From positions 1 through 37,551 of IMG/VR virus record IMGVR_UViG_3300046747_000816: DNA of 37,551 bases; one strand, 5' to 3'. This stretch comes from a virus (taxonomy: Duplodnaviria; Caudoviricetes). The translations under genes and the position numbers were made by a program. Below, piece by piece: positions 28,501 to 36,791 of the stretch. The first letter of the stretch is position 1; each line of letters opens with the position of its first letter. The notes beneath the pieces were generated by a model, which had not been told where the DNA came from, searched no databases, and was given only the letters and a program-made list of their open reading frames with translations.

Positions 28501-31500
28501 AGGCCGTCGAGTCGGTGACGAAGCTCACGCCAGAGGACTACTTCAAGCGTGCCTACCGGGACCCGGTCACGGGCGAGTGGACCGAGCGCGCGTGGAAGGC
28601 GATGCGGCGCAAGGCGCACGTCGCGATGATTGACGTCGCCGGTCTTGGCAACGTGAACGCGGCGCTCGGCAAGGCCGGCGGCAACGAAATGCTGCGCCGG
28701 GTCGGCTTCGAGGCGCAGTCGATTGACGGCCACCGCGTCGACTTCACTCACCTGCACGGCGACGAGTACTGCGCTCAGAGCGATGACCCCGTCGAGCTCG
28801 AGGGCTTCCTTGATCAGCTGCGCGCCAACCTGTCGACGCAACCTCTGGTCTACACAGACCCCAAGACCGGCAAGTTGAAAGCGCAGCCCATCGCGTTACA
28901 TACTGGCCTCGGTGAGCGAACTCTTGAAGCAGCAGACGCAGACCTCAACGCCAAGAAAGCAGCCGCTCGTCGAGCCCGGGAAACTGGCCTCGTTCGTCGC
29001 GGGAGTGAACATGCTGGATCCGGACGTGCCGCCGGAAGTGAAGCAGGCGGCGCTGCGAGAGCGGAATCGGGATCCGGTCGCAGCCATGAAGAAAAACCCG
29101 GCGGAGTACCAGAAGCTCTACGCGGAGCTCCGGGCGACTCCGGGGTACGGGACCGACTTTCTGTAGAAGAGCAGCAGCTCGACTTCCTCAAGTCGAAGGC
29201 CGCGAACGCTCGCGCACCTGAGGCCAAGAAGGCGTGGCGCGAGATGCTCGCGTGGGCCGAGGGCGACCGCAAAGGCGAATTCCCTTCAGTGCCCTGGCGC
29301 TTCGAGAGCGCCGCGTGGGCCGCGGTGGGATTCGGTGACCCGAAAGGTTTCGCGGGCAACGAGGCCGGCACGGACCTGCGCAAGGCGATGGGTGGTCGAG
29401 GCCGCGTCAACAACGCGCGCAACAAAGACATCGGGCTGAGCGGCAACGCCCGCGACATGGCTGATCAGCGCAAGCGCGTGCCCGGCTCACAGGGCTTCTT
29501 TCAGGAGCCGAACGAGACGACGCTCTTCTACGACATGAGCCCGGAGCCCCAGCGCTTCGAGCAGTCGAACAAGCAGACCGAAACGCCAGCGTTCAAGAAG
29601 TGGTTCGGCGCGTCGAAAGTGGTCGACGAGAGCGGGCAGCCACAGGTCGTCTTCCACGGCAGCGCATACACGGGCGCTCCTGGCGCCGAAGCCTTCAGCG
29701 AGACGCTGCAAGACAAGACGGCGCTGTTTGGGCCCGGCTTCTACTTCACGGTCAACCCAGACGTTGCCAGCACCTATGTCGACAAAGAGGCGACGGCGAT
29801 CGGCAAGAAGGGGGAAACACCCGGCGTGGTTCCGGCGTACCTGTCGATCAGCACGCCGTTCGACGTCGACGCGCACGCAAGCGCTCTGGTGCCACAGCTG
29901 AAGAAGTTCAGGGCCAAGACGCCGCCAGCGACCATCAAGCGAATGATCGACTCGGCGCTCAAGGACGAGACGGGCATCGGCAGCGCTGATGGCGTCGGCA
30001 CGTGGATCGACAACACGGAGTGGGCCTACCGAATCGCCGATGGGATGAAGAAGACCGGCGACGAAATCGCTCGCCCACACTTCGACTACATCCTCTCAAA
30101 GGCGCGCGACTACATCGTCAAGGGCATCACGTCCGGCGAGTTCGAGACGGGCGAAGACGTGATCAAACACATCGAGCACAACGTGTTCGAGGTCATGCAA
30201 GACCACGCCGGCAACGTTCGCCAGGTGCTCGAGATGCTCGGCTTCGACGGCATCACGCACACGGGCGGTGGCCGACTGGGTGGCGGCGACAAGATGCACA
30301 AGGTGTGGATCGCCTTCAAGCCGACGCAGATCAAGTCTGCGCTCGGCAACAAGGGCACCTTCGACCCCAACAATCCCAGCATTCTGGAGTCGGCGGGCAA
30401 GAACAAGGGCGAGGGCCCGCGCGGGCACACCGAGATTTTCAACGAGGGCCTGCGCCGCGTCTACAACGTGGTGCTCAACCCGAAGGCAGACCTGTCGACG
30501 TTCCTTCACGAGAGCGCGCACGTCTTCCTCGACCTGATGAGCAACCTCGCGTTGCGGCCGGATGCGCCCGATCGCGTGCGCACCGACTTCGCTGCGGCGC
30601 TGAAGTACCTCGGCGCGAAGAACGCTGAAGACCTCAAGCTCACCACCGGCAAGGAGGACGACCCCGCCCGCCTGCGCCACGAGAAGTGGGCCACCGCCTT
30701 CGAGCGCTATCTCTTCGAGGGCAAGGCGCCGAGCGTGAAGCTCGAGGGCGCGTTCGCTCGCTACCGCCTGTGGCTCTCGCGCGTCTACGGGCGCGTCGAG
30801 GCGGCGGTGCCCGGCGCTCACATCAACGACGACATCAGGCGCGTGTTCGACCGGATGCTCGCCACCGACGCGGAAATCGACGAGCAGAAGAAGCGCATGG
30901 GCCACGTCGCACCGATGGCGGCGAACGTGCTCGGCCTCACTCCAGAGCAGTTCAAGGCTCACATCGAAGCGGGCATCGAGGCGACCTCGCACACGCGCAA
31001 GCGGGTCGACATGGCCGTCGCGAAAGATGTGCTCCGCGAGAAAGAGGCGTGGTGGAAGGAAGAACTTCGAGCCGAGCGCGAGAAGGCGAAGGGCGACTAC
31101 GAGCAACTGCAGGCGCGGCAGGTTCAGCAGGCGCTCGCGAACAAGGGCGACATCAAGACCGGCCCGCTCGACAAGGCGAAGGTGGTCGCGGCCATCGGTG
31201 CGCCGGCGGCGAAGAAGTTGGGCGCGGCGGCGACGAAGACCGGCGGCGCGGACCCCGGCCCGATCGCCGAGTTCTTCGGCTTCAAGACGGTCGAGGAGAT
31301 GCTGAAGGCGCTGCTCGAGCTGAAGCCAAAGAACGAATGGGTGAACGAGACGGCCGACCAACGCATGGCCGAGAAACACCCCGAGCTGCTCGCCGAGCGC
31401 ACGAAGCTGCAGCAGATGGTCGACGCCGGCCTGCACGGTGAGCTCGACGCGAAGTACCTCGAGCGCGAGCTCATGCTGCTCTCGGCCAAGATGACGGTGC

Positions 31501-34322
31501 CCGGTCAGCCGCTGCACGCGGCACAGGTGGCGCCCATCGAGACCGCGAAGGCGGCGGCGAAGCAGAGCGTCGAGACCCGCTCGGTGCGCAAGCTCGACGC
31601 GAACGCAGCCCTCGAGGCCGAGCGGCGCGCGGCGACCGCGGCGCTCAAGGCTGGGGCTGCGGGGAACGTGGCGAAGGCGTTCAACCTGTACCTGCAGCGC
31701 ATGACGAACTTCTACGCGTGGAAGGGCCTGCTCGCTGCGCGCGAGATGCGCGACGCGTTCCTCGACCTGGCGGGTGAACTCGGCAGTCAAAAGGGCATGT
31801 CGCGGCTCGGCAAGGGCTCGCCGGTCTATCGAGACCAGGTCGCCGCGGCGCTCGGTGAGCTCGGCTTGGGCGAGGAGACCGGGGAGCCGTTCTCACCCGA
31901 CGCTGTCGTTACACAAATGCGCGCCGACACAGACGCGGGCCGCACGGTGGTGGAGTCCATCGACCCCGAGGTGCTGAGGTCCATCTTCGCGAAGGTGGCT
32001 CGGTACGGTCGAGGTCGGCCGAAGGGACTGCAGTACACGGTGCTCACTGTCGCTGAGCTCCGACACGTGAAGGACATGCTCGAGAGCATCAAGGCTGCCG
32101 CCAAGAACGTCTCGACGGCCGTCGTTGACGGCAAGCGCATCGAGTTGCAGGAGGCCGTCGACCTCACGAAGGCGGCCATCGAGCGCTCGCTGCCTCCCCT
32201 GCCCCCGCGGCCCGAGCGCGGCGCAGGCGGGCCGTCTGATGAGCTGTCGACCTTTGGGTCGTCCCTCGATGCGATGCAGCTACGCATCGAAACGATGCTG
32301 CTCCACTGGTTCGGCGGGGTGGAGAACTACGCGTGGAAGGCCATCGGGAAGCCGCTTCAGCAGGCGAAGCACGTCGAGGTCGACCTGTTGCGCGGACCCG
32401 TGAAGCAGCTGCTCGACGCGGCGAACAAGATTCCTTTCGCGGTGCTCAAGCGAGGCAGCGAGCTGATCGACGGCAACGCCCTCTTTCCCGGCTCGACGGC
32501 CGTCATGAACAGCATCGGCCTCGACAACCTCAACCGCCGTTGGCAGTTCGTCGAGTTGCTCAAGCACATGGGCAACGAGTCGAACAAGAAGAAGCTGCTC
32601 GAGGGCCGCAACATCACCGAGCAGCAGGTATGGGACGCCGCGCTGAAGCTGGGCATCACGAAGGAAGAGTACGACTACGTGCAGGCCACGTGGGACGCGG
32701 CGGAGTCGCTCAAGAAAGCGGCTTTCGACCTCGAGGAGAAGGACACCGGCATTCGGCCCGAGGAGGTGGTGGCCTCGCCGTTCAGCACGCCGTTCGGTCA
32801 GTACCGAGGTGGGTACCACCCCATTGCTTACCACCCGGCAACGCAGGTCGGGCAGCGCAACGAGCTCTCTCTCACACCGCAGGGCTACGCGTCGGTCGGC
32901 ACAAGCAACGGCTCGCTTATCTCGCGCGTGGAGGACTTCACCAACGTCGTGAGCCTTGACCCGTACCAGATTCAGCGGCACCTGTTGATGACGGTGCACG
33001 ACATCGCCTTTCGCCAGCCGCTGCGCTCCGTGGCGCTGGTGGTGCGGAGCAAGCCGGTGCACGCGGCATTGGTCGCTCGCGTCGGCGAGGCCCGTACCCG
33101 GGCGATCGAGAAGTACCTCGAGGACATCGGTCAGCAGCGGTCCGTCGAAGAGCCGAAGGTGTTGTACGCCACGATGCAGGCGCTCCGCGGCGTCATGTCG
33201 GTGAGCGTGCTCGGCTACTCGTTCGCCAACGCGCTCGAGGACGCCGTCACCGGCGTCGTGGGTGCGATGCCAGGCGGGAAGATCCAGCCACAGCACTGGG
33301 CCGCAGGCATGAAGGAGGTGATGGGCTCGCCTGTCGACAAGGTGAATCAGTACGAGGCCGAGTCGGGCGAACTGCGCTCGAGGCACAAGAGCCTCACGCG
33401 CGAGTTGAGTTCAGCCACCGCGAAGTGGACCTCGACTCTGCCAGCGGCCGCGAAGGTCGCCACGTCGTACGTGAAGGACCACGCCTTCGTGATGCAGGAA
33501 GCGACAGACCGCATGGTCTCGGCAGGTGTCTACGCTGCGGCGAAGCGGCAGGCTCTTGCGCAATACGAGCTCGCACCGACCGATGCGCAAGTCGCGCTCG
33601 CCATCGAAGAGGCTGAGGCGACGGTGCGCCTGCTGATGCCTTCGGGGCACGTGGTCGACTCGTCGATGCTGATGCGGAACAAGGGTCTCGCGGCGAGCAT
33701 GTTCATCTTCTTCCGCTTCTGGAACACGCAGTACAACGTGAGCCGAACACTCACGGGGCGCGACGTCTTCGCCGGGAAGGACTTCAAGGCGCTCGCCACC
33801 ATGGGCGGGTTGCTCTTCGCGAACGTGTTCGCCTATTCGATTCTCGGCTCACTGGCTCGCGGGCAGGGGCCAGACAAGGGCGAGGGCTGGGCGATGTGGT
33901 TCGCGCGCAAGATGACCACGGGCTCGATGGCGCAACTGCCCGTCTTCGGCGAACTCTCGGAGTACGTCTGGTGGAAGGTGTTCGGCGGCAACAAGCACGA
34001 GCCGCGCAACAACTCCATCGCGGGGATGACGTGGGCCATTGCCGAGCTCATCGCGAAGGCGTCGAACGGGGACGCCACGGCAGATCAGCGCCTACTCGCG
34101 CTCGCGAAGCTCGGCGGGCTCACGACGGGCGTTGTGCCGAACCAACTCATCAAGTCGGCCTCGTACCTGCTCGGGCTGCAGTCGGGAGAGTTCCACCCGC
34201 GCGGACCTGGCGACATCGTTGGCGGGGTGCTCTACGGGCAGAACAAGCACCCGGCCTCGAACCTCGCAACCATCGCGCAGGACCTCGCCTCTGGCGAGCC
34301 GCTGGGCACAGGCCCGCGGTAA
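25551..34322 (+). CDS. Giant polyvalent ejection protein: two GGDEF-like domains, ADP-ribosyltransferase-like domain, HExxH metallopeptidase, helical C-terminal region
   Basis: 2923-aa ORF in the T7 gp16 position; GGDEF-like at about 27981-28350 and 28557-28965; ART-like at about 29571-30386; STFLHESAH around 30507. Confidence 0.9.
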   Translation: MMADTAPMFDDIEGSADAPATAPSFDAIEDVNGVQVDSPPQASAQNQPQSPATEYAPVDFAQQLNAPAEVEPALLPDPNKGLFEDANRIRSIFSGPTAPTTEDGVDKHSQILQLRQRTGLSYQTIAEKLPEFQKQWELAQTDPVEWVRHNPQLADYVLRNPEAGTMVPYDPGLDKVSKALNAITGFIFPSAADVEAVRRATTYTDPFTGKKSVPGAGSAVDAAATSESVHIKEPQAGLARQDEKSKAINESTFGGALAVGQREKEAVAGINANLTWWEIGKRRHAPGEPKPTALLEQQALDFESNAQPRDLQQGEVGKVLSSAASGAASSIMATGDMLKGATGGALITGTIGAGITLLGTRSPALARAAFLESAGVGAKLGGKGGAYAFTVRAEGGAYYRELLQAKRDDGSAVPEDEAWAGAMIVGNLNAAIEVGTINPSLAVWGGVGELIKSGSRKAAVAELLRNGAFRNASKRLAKQWAEATLTESGEETLQNLTKQAASYFLGTQKEVSLAEGVKEGLEAVPSSALLATTGAASQHIQSSAFQAVTGVGGAVTDEMRARAGLEVSQHLQRSDDAHQSAAIVHELANFDVHDSPVTKADPEGIAQALQSGGLGPSLYITTDAYVKFNQGAKVDLETAAKRDLGPDGYQRLKEAVATGQPLEVPSAKYLADWSTEQKQALEPHTTTRADLPTPAAVDKKEFDGKVQALLDAMEKGPVEPETPGEAAFLDVAEAQLEMSSNDGDPQKARQKMELMRATVRVYSEVFGQSADELFKNFALHVSAGLDPTMEEVLQARNEKLSATDRAEELLRDEGTGLPNEAAMAATRAPEGKPLVGHLAVEGFKWLNDQVGHDKADLLARAVGVALSGVAQPFKLGGANFGFYVKDQAELDSIAEKVRAAMPAQLRGFDITAAVGKTVGEASALNQTNIDQAVKEGARANTRPPHPTLPGESAKAERPKGLPADLAPESLAFPENKASGVIAPEAVESVTKLTPEDYFKRAYRDPVTGEWTERAWKAMRRKAHVAMIDVAGLGNVNAALGKAGGNEMLRRVGFEAQSIDGHRVDFTHLHGDEYCAQSDDPVELEGFLDQLRANLSTQPLVYTDPKTGKLKAQPIALHTGLGERTLEAADADLNAKKAAARRARETGLVRRGSEHAGSGRAAGSEAGGAARAESGSGRSHEEKPGGVPEALRGAPGDSGVRDRLSVEEQQLDFLKSKAANARAPEAKKAWREMLAWAEGDRKGEFPSVPWRFESAAWAAVGFGDPKGFAGNEAGTDLRKAMGGRGRVNNARNKDIGLSGNARDMADQRKRVPGSQGFFQEPNETTLFYDMSPEPQRFEQSNKQTETPAFKKWFGASKVVDESGQPQVVFHGSAYTGAPGAEAFSETLQDKTALFGPGFYFTVNPDVASTYVDKEATAIGKKGETPGVVPAYLSISTPFDVDAHASALVPQLKKFRAKTPPATIKRMIDSALKDETGIGSADGVGTWIDNTEWAYRIADGMKKTGDEIARPHFDYILSKARDYIVKGITSGEFETGEDVIKHIEHNVFEVMQDHAGNVRQVLEMLGFDGITHTGGGRLGGGDKMHKVWIAFKPTQIKSALGNKGTFDPNNPSILESAGKNKGEGPRGHTEIFNEGLRRVYNVVLNPKADLSTFLHESAHVFLDLMSNLALRPDAPDRVRTDFAAALKYLGAKNAEDLKLTTGKEDDPARLRHEKWATAFERYLFEGKAPSVKLEGAFARYRLWLSRVYGRVEAAVPGAHINDDIRRVFDRMLATDAEIDEQKKRMGHVAPMAANVLGLTPEQFKAHIEAGIEATSHTRKRVDMAVAKDVLREKEAWWKEELRAEREKAKGDYEQLQARQVQQALANKGDIKTGPLDKAKVVAAIGAPAAKKLGAAATKTGGADPGPIAEFFGFKTVEEMLKALLELKPKNEWVNETADQRMAEKHPELLAERTKLQQMVDAGLHGELDAKYLERELMLLSAKMTVPGQPLHAAQVAPIETAKAAAKQSVETRSVRKLDANAALEAERRAATAALKAGAAGNVAKAFNLYLQRMTNFYAWKGLLAAREMRDAFLDLAGELGSQKGMSRLGKGSPVYRDQVAAALGELGLGEETGEPFSPDAVVTQMRADTDAGRTVVESIDPEVLRSIFAKVARYGRGRPKGLQYTVLTVAELRHVKDMLESIKAAAKNVSTAVVDGKRIELQEAVDLTKAAIERSLPPLPPRPERGAGGPSDELSTFGSSLDAMQLRIETMLLHWFGGVENYAWKAIGKPLQQAKHVEVDLLRGPVKQLLDAANKIPFAVLKRGSELIDGNALFPGSTAVMNSIGLDNLNRRWQFVELLKHMGNESNKKKLLEGRNITEQQVWDAALKLGITKEEYDYVQATWDAAESLKKAAFDLEEKDTGIRPEEVVASPFSTPFGQYRGGYHPIAYHPATQVGQRNELSLTPQGYASVGTSNGSLISRVEDFTNVVSLDPYQIQRHLLMTVHDIAFRQPLRSVALVVRSKPVHAALVARVGEARTRAIEKYLEDIGQQRSVEEPKVLYATMQALRGVMSVSVLGYSFANALEDAVTGVVGAMPGGKIQPQHWAAGMKEVMGSPVDKVNQYEAESGELRSRHKSLTRELSSATAKWTSTLPAAAKVATSYVKDHAFVMQEATDRMVSAGVYAAAKRQALAQYELAPTDAQVALAIEEAEATVRLLMPSGHVVDSSMLMRNKGLAASMFIFFRFWNTQYNVSRTLTGRDVFAGKDFKALATMGGLLFANVFAYSILGSLARGQGPDKGEGWAMWFARKMTTGSMAQLPVFGELSEYVWWKVFGGNKHEPRNNSIAGMTWAIAELIAKASNGDATADQRLLALAKLGGLTTGVVPNQLIKSASYLLGLQSGEFHPRGPGDIVGGVLYGQNKHPASNLATIAQDLASGEPLGTGPR
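28875..28904 (+). promoter_or_regulatory. Candidate internal promoter for the nested ORF
   Basis: TTGAAA-N18-CATACT, 7 nt before GTG 28912; locally AT-rich. Confidence 0.5.
28912..29166 (+). CDS. Nested overprinted ORF in the +1 frame (84 aa, or 51 aa from ATG 29011)
   Basis: GC3 bias moves from the host frame to this frame over this interval; own promoter-like element; GGGAG SD before the internal ATG. Confidence 0.6.
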   Translation: MSELLKQQTQTSTPRKQPLVEPGKLASFVAGVNMLDPDVPPEVKQAALRERNRDPVAAMKKNPAEYQKLYAELRATPGYGTDFL

Positions 34323-34604
34323 TCAGCACCCGCCAGCAGGGCAGCAGGTCAACCCGTAGTCGGTGCAGGAAGCGGAGCGCGTACAGGAAGCGGGAGCGGC
34401 GGCGCGCACCGTCTGCTCGACAGATGCCACCGTTCCCTCTTCGCAATAGTTCTGGCTGTACGGTTGTCGCGAGCTTCCCCCATCGACGCCGCTGCAGGTC
34501 TCGAAGCCCGAGCAGCCAAACTTGCGGAAGGAGCCAGCATCCCCACCGCCAGCGCCGGGCGGACCACACGCAATCAGAAGCAGCATGAGCAGAGCGCTTC
34601 GCAT
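34323..34604 (-). CDS. Cys-rich lipoprotein (antisense moron-like gene)
   Basis: MRSALLMLLLIAC lipobox; 8 further Cys; TAGGCT-N6-ATG upstream. Confidence 0.8.
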   Translation of the reverse strand: MRSALLMLLLIACGPPGAGGGDAGSFRKFGCSGFETCSGVDGGSSRQPYSQNYCEEGTVASVEQTVRAAAPASCTRSASCTDYGLTCCPAGGC

Positions 34605-34621
34605 CTCTTGAGCCTACCTCG

Positions 34622-34649
34622 TAAGAATCCCCCCTACGAAACGCAAGCT
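34622..34649 (+). promoter_or_regulatory. Late promoter motif copy 4
   Basis: TAAGAATCCCCCC...CAAGCT. Confidence 0.7.
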
Positions 34650-34657
34650 GTCGCCGT

Positions 34658-35359
34658 GTGACGGTCGAGCTCACCCACAGCGAGGTGTCCTACGACGGCA
34701 ACAACGTCACCACCGCGTTTCCGACCACCTTCAGGTTCCTCGAGAATGACCATCTCGACGTCGACCTGAGCACCGACGGCGGCACCACATGGACCGCGCT
34801 GGTCGAGGGCACCGACTACGAGGTGAGCGGAGCGGCCGACCCAGAACCGGGCGGCACCGTCACGCTCACGGGTCACGGCGCACTCCTGAGCGGCGAAAAG
34901 CTCCGCATCCAGCGAAACACCGACGACGTCCAGCCGACGACGTTCGGCGCCTTCACGAGCTTTTCCGCCAGCTCGCACGAACGCGAACTCGACCGCCGCA
35001 CCCTTCGCTCGCAAGAGCTCGAGCGACGCATCGCAGCGCTCGAGGCCCTCGGCGATCTGGTGAGCGTCTCTGAGATTGCCGACGCCGTCGCCGTCGACGA
35101 AGAGCTCAGCCCGTCGGGCTCGGTCACGGAAATCGAAGATTTCTTCCCGTTTACGGTCGTGGTGCCGAACGGCGAGAACGCGCGCGCGGCATGCCTCTAC
35201 GTGCTTGACGACGATCAGCTGAGCCCCGTGCCAGCTCCTGTCATCGCATGGAAGCCGGGCCCCGCAGCCAACCGCATCACGATTCTCCGCATCGATGGGC
35301 TGTCGGTCTCGGGTAGCGAAACGCAACCCTACCACCTGAAAGGGTTGGTGTTCTTCTGA
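34658..35359 (+). CDS. Tail fibre anchor/adaptor (T7 gp17 N-terminal-like)
   Basis: YDGNNVTTAFP..FRFL, GTDYEVSG, GGTVTL, LRIQRNT, HERELDR.TL..QEL. Confidence 0.85.
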   Translation: MTVELTHSEVSYDGNNVTTAFPTTFRFLENDHLDVDLSTDGGTTWTALVEGTDYEVSGAADPEPGGTVTLTGHGALLSGEKLRIQRNTDDVQPTTFGAFTSFSASSHERELDRRTLRSQELERRIAALEALGDLVSVSEIADAVAVDEELSPSGSVTEIEDFFPFTVVVPNGENARAACLYVLDDDQLSPVPAPVIAWKPGPAANRITILRIDGLSVSGSETQPYHLKGLVFF

Positions 35360-36789
35360 TGACCCCCATTCTTCTTCTGCCACTCGTCGCGCTCGCTGAT
35401 GTCACATTTCACCAGGGCAGTGCGACGCCAACGAATGTCCGCGACATTCAGTGCGCGTCTGATGGCGGCATCTACTGCACGCGCAATGGCAGCGTCTCGT
35501 CGGGCACTCTGAGCTGCTCGAGCGCGACCTCAACCGAACGCGGCTGTGTCACGCCGACCGCCCAGACCTTCGCCGGAGACAAGACCTTCACCGGTTTCGT
35601 GAAGAGCCCAACTGTCGATGCGGGCATCGTGGCCGTGGGCACGATGGACCTCCGTGGAAACACCATCACCGGCGGATCGTCTGCCAGCCTCACAATCACC
35701 AGCAACGCCACGGACTCGGTGACGTCCAGTTCCACGGCTGCAATGACATTCGCTCTCGGGGCGGACATCACCAGCAGCGACTTGGGCTGGAAGTTCAAAG
35801 ACTCGTCTGGCAACACTCGCATGTCCGGCACCGAGTCTGGAACGTGGAACTTCACCACGGTCGTCACCGACACCGGGGCCGCCACCGTCGCAGGCACCAC
35901 CTTCGCGTTGACGACGGGCAGCGGCGGAGCCAGCTCGGGCGTTACGGTTGGCGGCACTGGCGGAAGCGTCACGGTGCAAGCCGGCACTGGCGGTGATTCT
36001 GCTGGCGCCGCCTTTGGTGGCAACGGCGGTGCCGTCTCAATCACAGCGGGCCCTGGCGGTGCTGACAACGGTGCTTTCCCAGGCGGCTCCGGCGGGGCTC
36101 TGACGCTCACTGGCGGCGCCGGAACGGGCGGCAACACGGCCGGCCCGGCGTCGCTGGTGGCCGGCGCGGGCGGCTCATCGAGCGTAGACCATGCGGCCAG
36201 CGCGGGCGGGCTCGCCAGCGTGACCGGCGGTCGTGGTGGCCATGGCGCTGCCGGCGGCGCCGCGCAGGCGGGCGGCGGAGTTACCATCACTGGCGGTCAG
36301 GGCGGGAACACCCTCACCGGGTCCGGCGCTGGCGCTGGCGGGGCGCTCACGATTCAATCGGGCGGCGGCGGTGTGGCGGGCGCAGGAACGGGCGGCTCTG
36401 GCGGCGCCATCACCATCGACACCGGCTCGAGCACGGGAGCCGCGACGGCTGGCACCGTCGACATCGGCATCACGAACGCAGGCACCATCACCATCGGCCG
36501 CTCAGGGCAGTCGACCGTTGTGAACGGCTACGGAGTAGCGACGACGCACGGCACCACCGTGCTCGCGATCGAGAAGGGCGCCACGGCGATGACCTCGAAC
36601 GAGCTCGCGGTCACCTTCGCCACCGCCTTCGGCGCAGCGCCTTCGTGCAACTGTACACACGTGAACACGAGCAACACGAACGCGTGCAACATCAAGTCGG
36701 GCTCGGCACCCACGACCGCGGGCGTCACCTTCGCCGTGGCCTCTGGTGGCACCGACGTCGTCGACTGGATCTGCATCGGCACCAGGTAG
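35359..36789 (+). CDS. Glycine-rich tail fibre/adhesin with short signal-peptide-like N-terminus
   Basis: GG.V/L.ITxG.GG repeats; AQTFAGDKTF fibre motif; C-terminal VTFATAF.AAP...VDWICIG domain. Confidence 0.8.
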   Translation: MTPILLLPLVALADVTFHQGSATPTNVRDIQCASDGGIYCTRNGSVSSGTLSCSSATSTERGCVTPTAQTFAGDKTFTGFVKSPTVDAGIVAVGTMDLRGNTITGGSSASLTITSNATDSVTSSSTAAMTFALGADITSSDLGWKFKDSSGNTRMSGTESGTWNFTTVVTDTGAATVAGTTFALTTGSGGASSGVTVGGTGGSVTVQAGTGGDSAGAAFGGNGGAVSITAGPGGADNGAFPGGSGGALTLTGGAGTGGNTAGPASLVAGAGGSSSVDHAASAGGLASVTGGRGGHGAAGGAAQAGGGVTITGGQGGNTLTGSGAGAGGALTIQSGGGGVAGAGTGGSGGAITIDTGSSTGAATAGTVDIGITNAGTITIGRSGQSTVVNGYGVATTHGTTVLAIEKGATAMTSNELAVTFATAFGAAPSCNCTHVNTSNTNACNIKSGSAPTTAGVTFAVASGGTDVVDWICIGTR

Positions 36790-36791
36790 CG

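Noticed and set aside
14571-33386. Long antisense and alternate-frame ORFs (e.g. 14571-16274, 20072-21673, 26226-27602, 30096-31790)
   Set aside because: Shadow ORFs expected opposite GC3-rich genes; no motifs or independent codon signal, unlike 28912-29166
23321-34322. Virion-associated lytic transglycosylase or lysis genes
   Set aside because: No recognisable SLT, lysozyme, holin or spanin motifs by eye; a divergent domain cannot be excluded
35860-36500. Collagen-like or PE-PGRS protein
   Set aside because: No sustained Gly-X-Y period and no PE domain; context and C-terminus indicate a phage fibre
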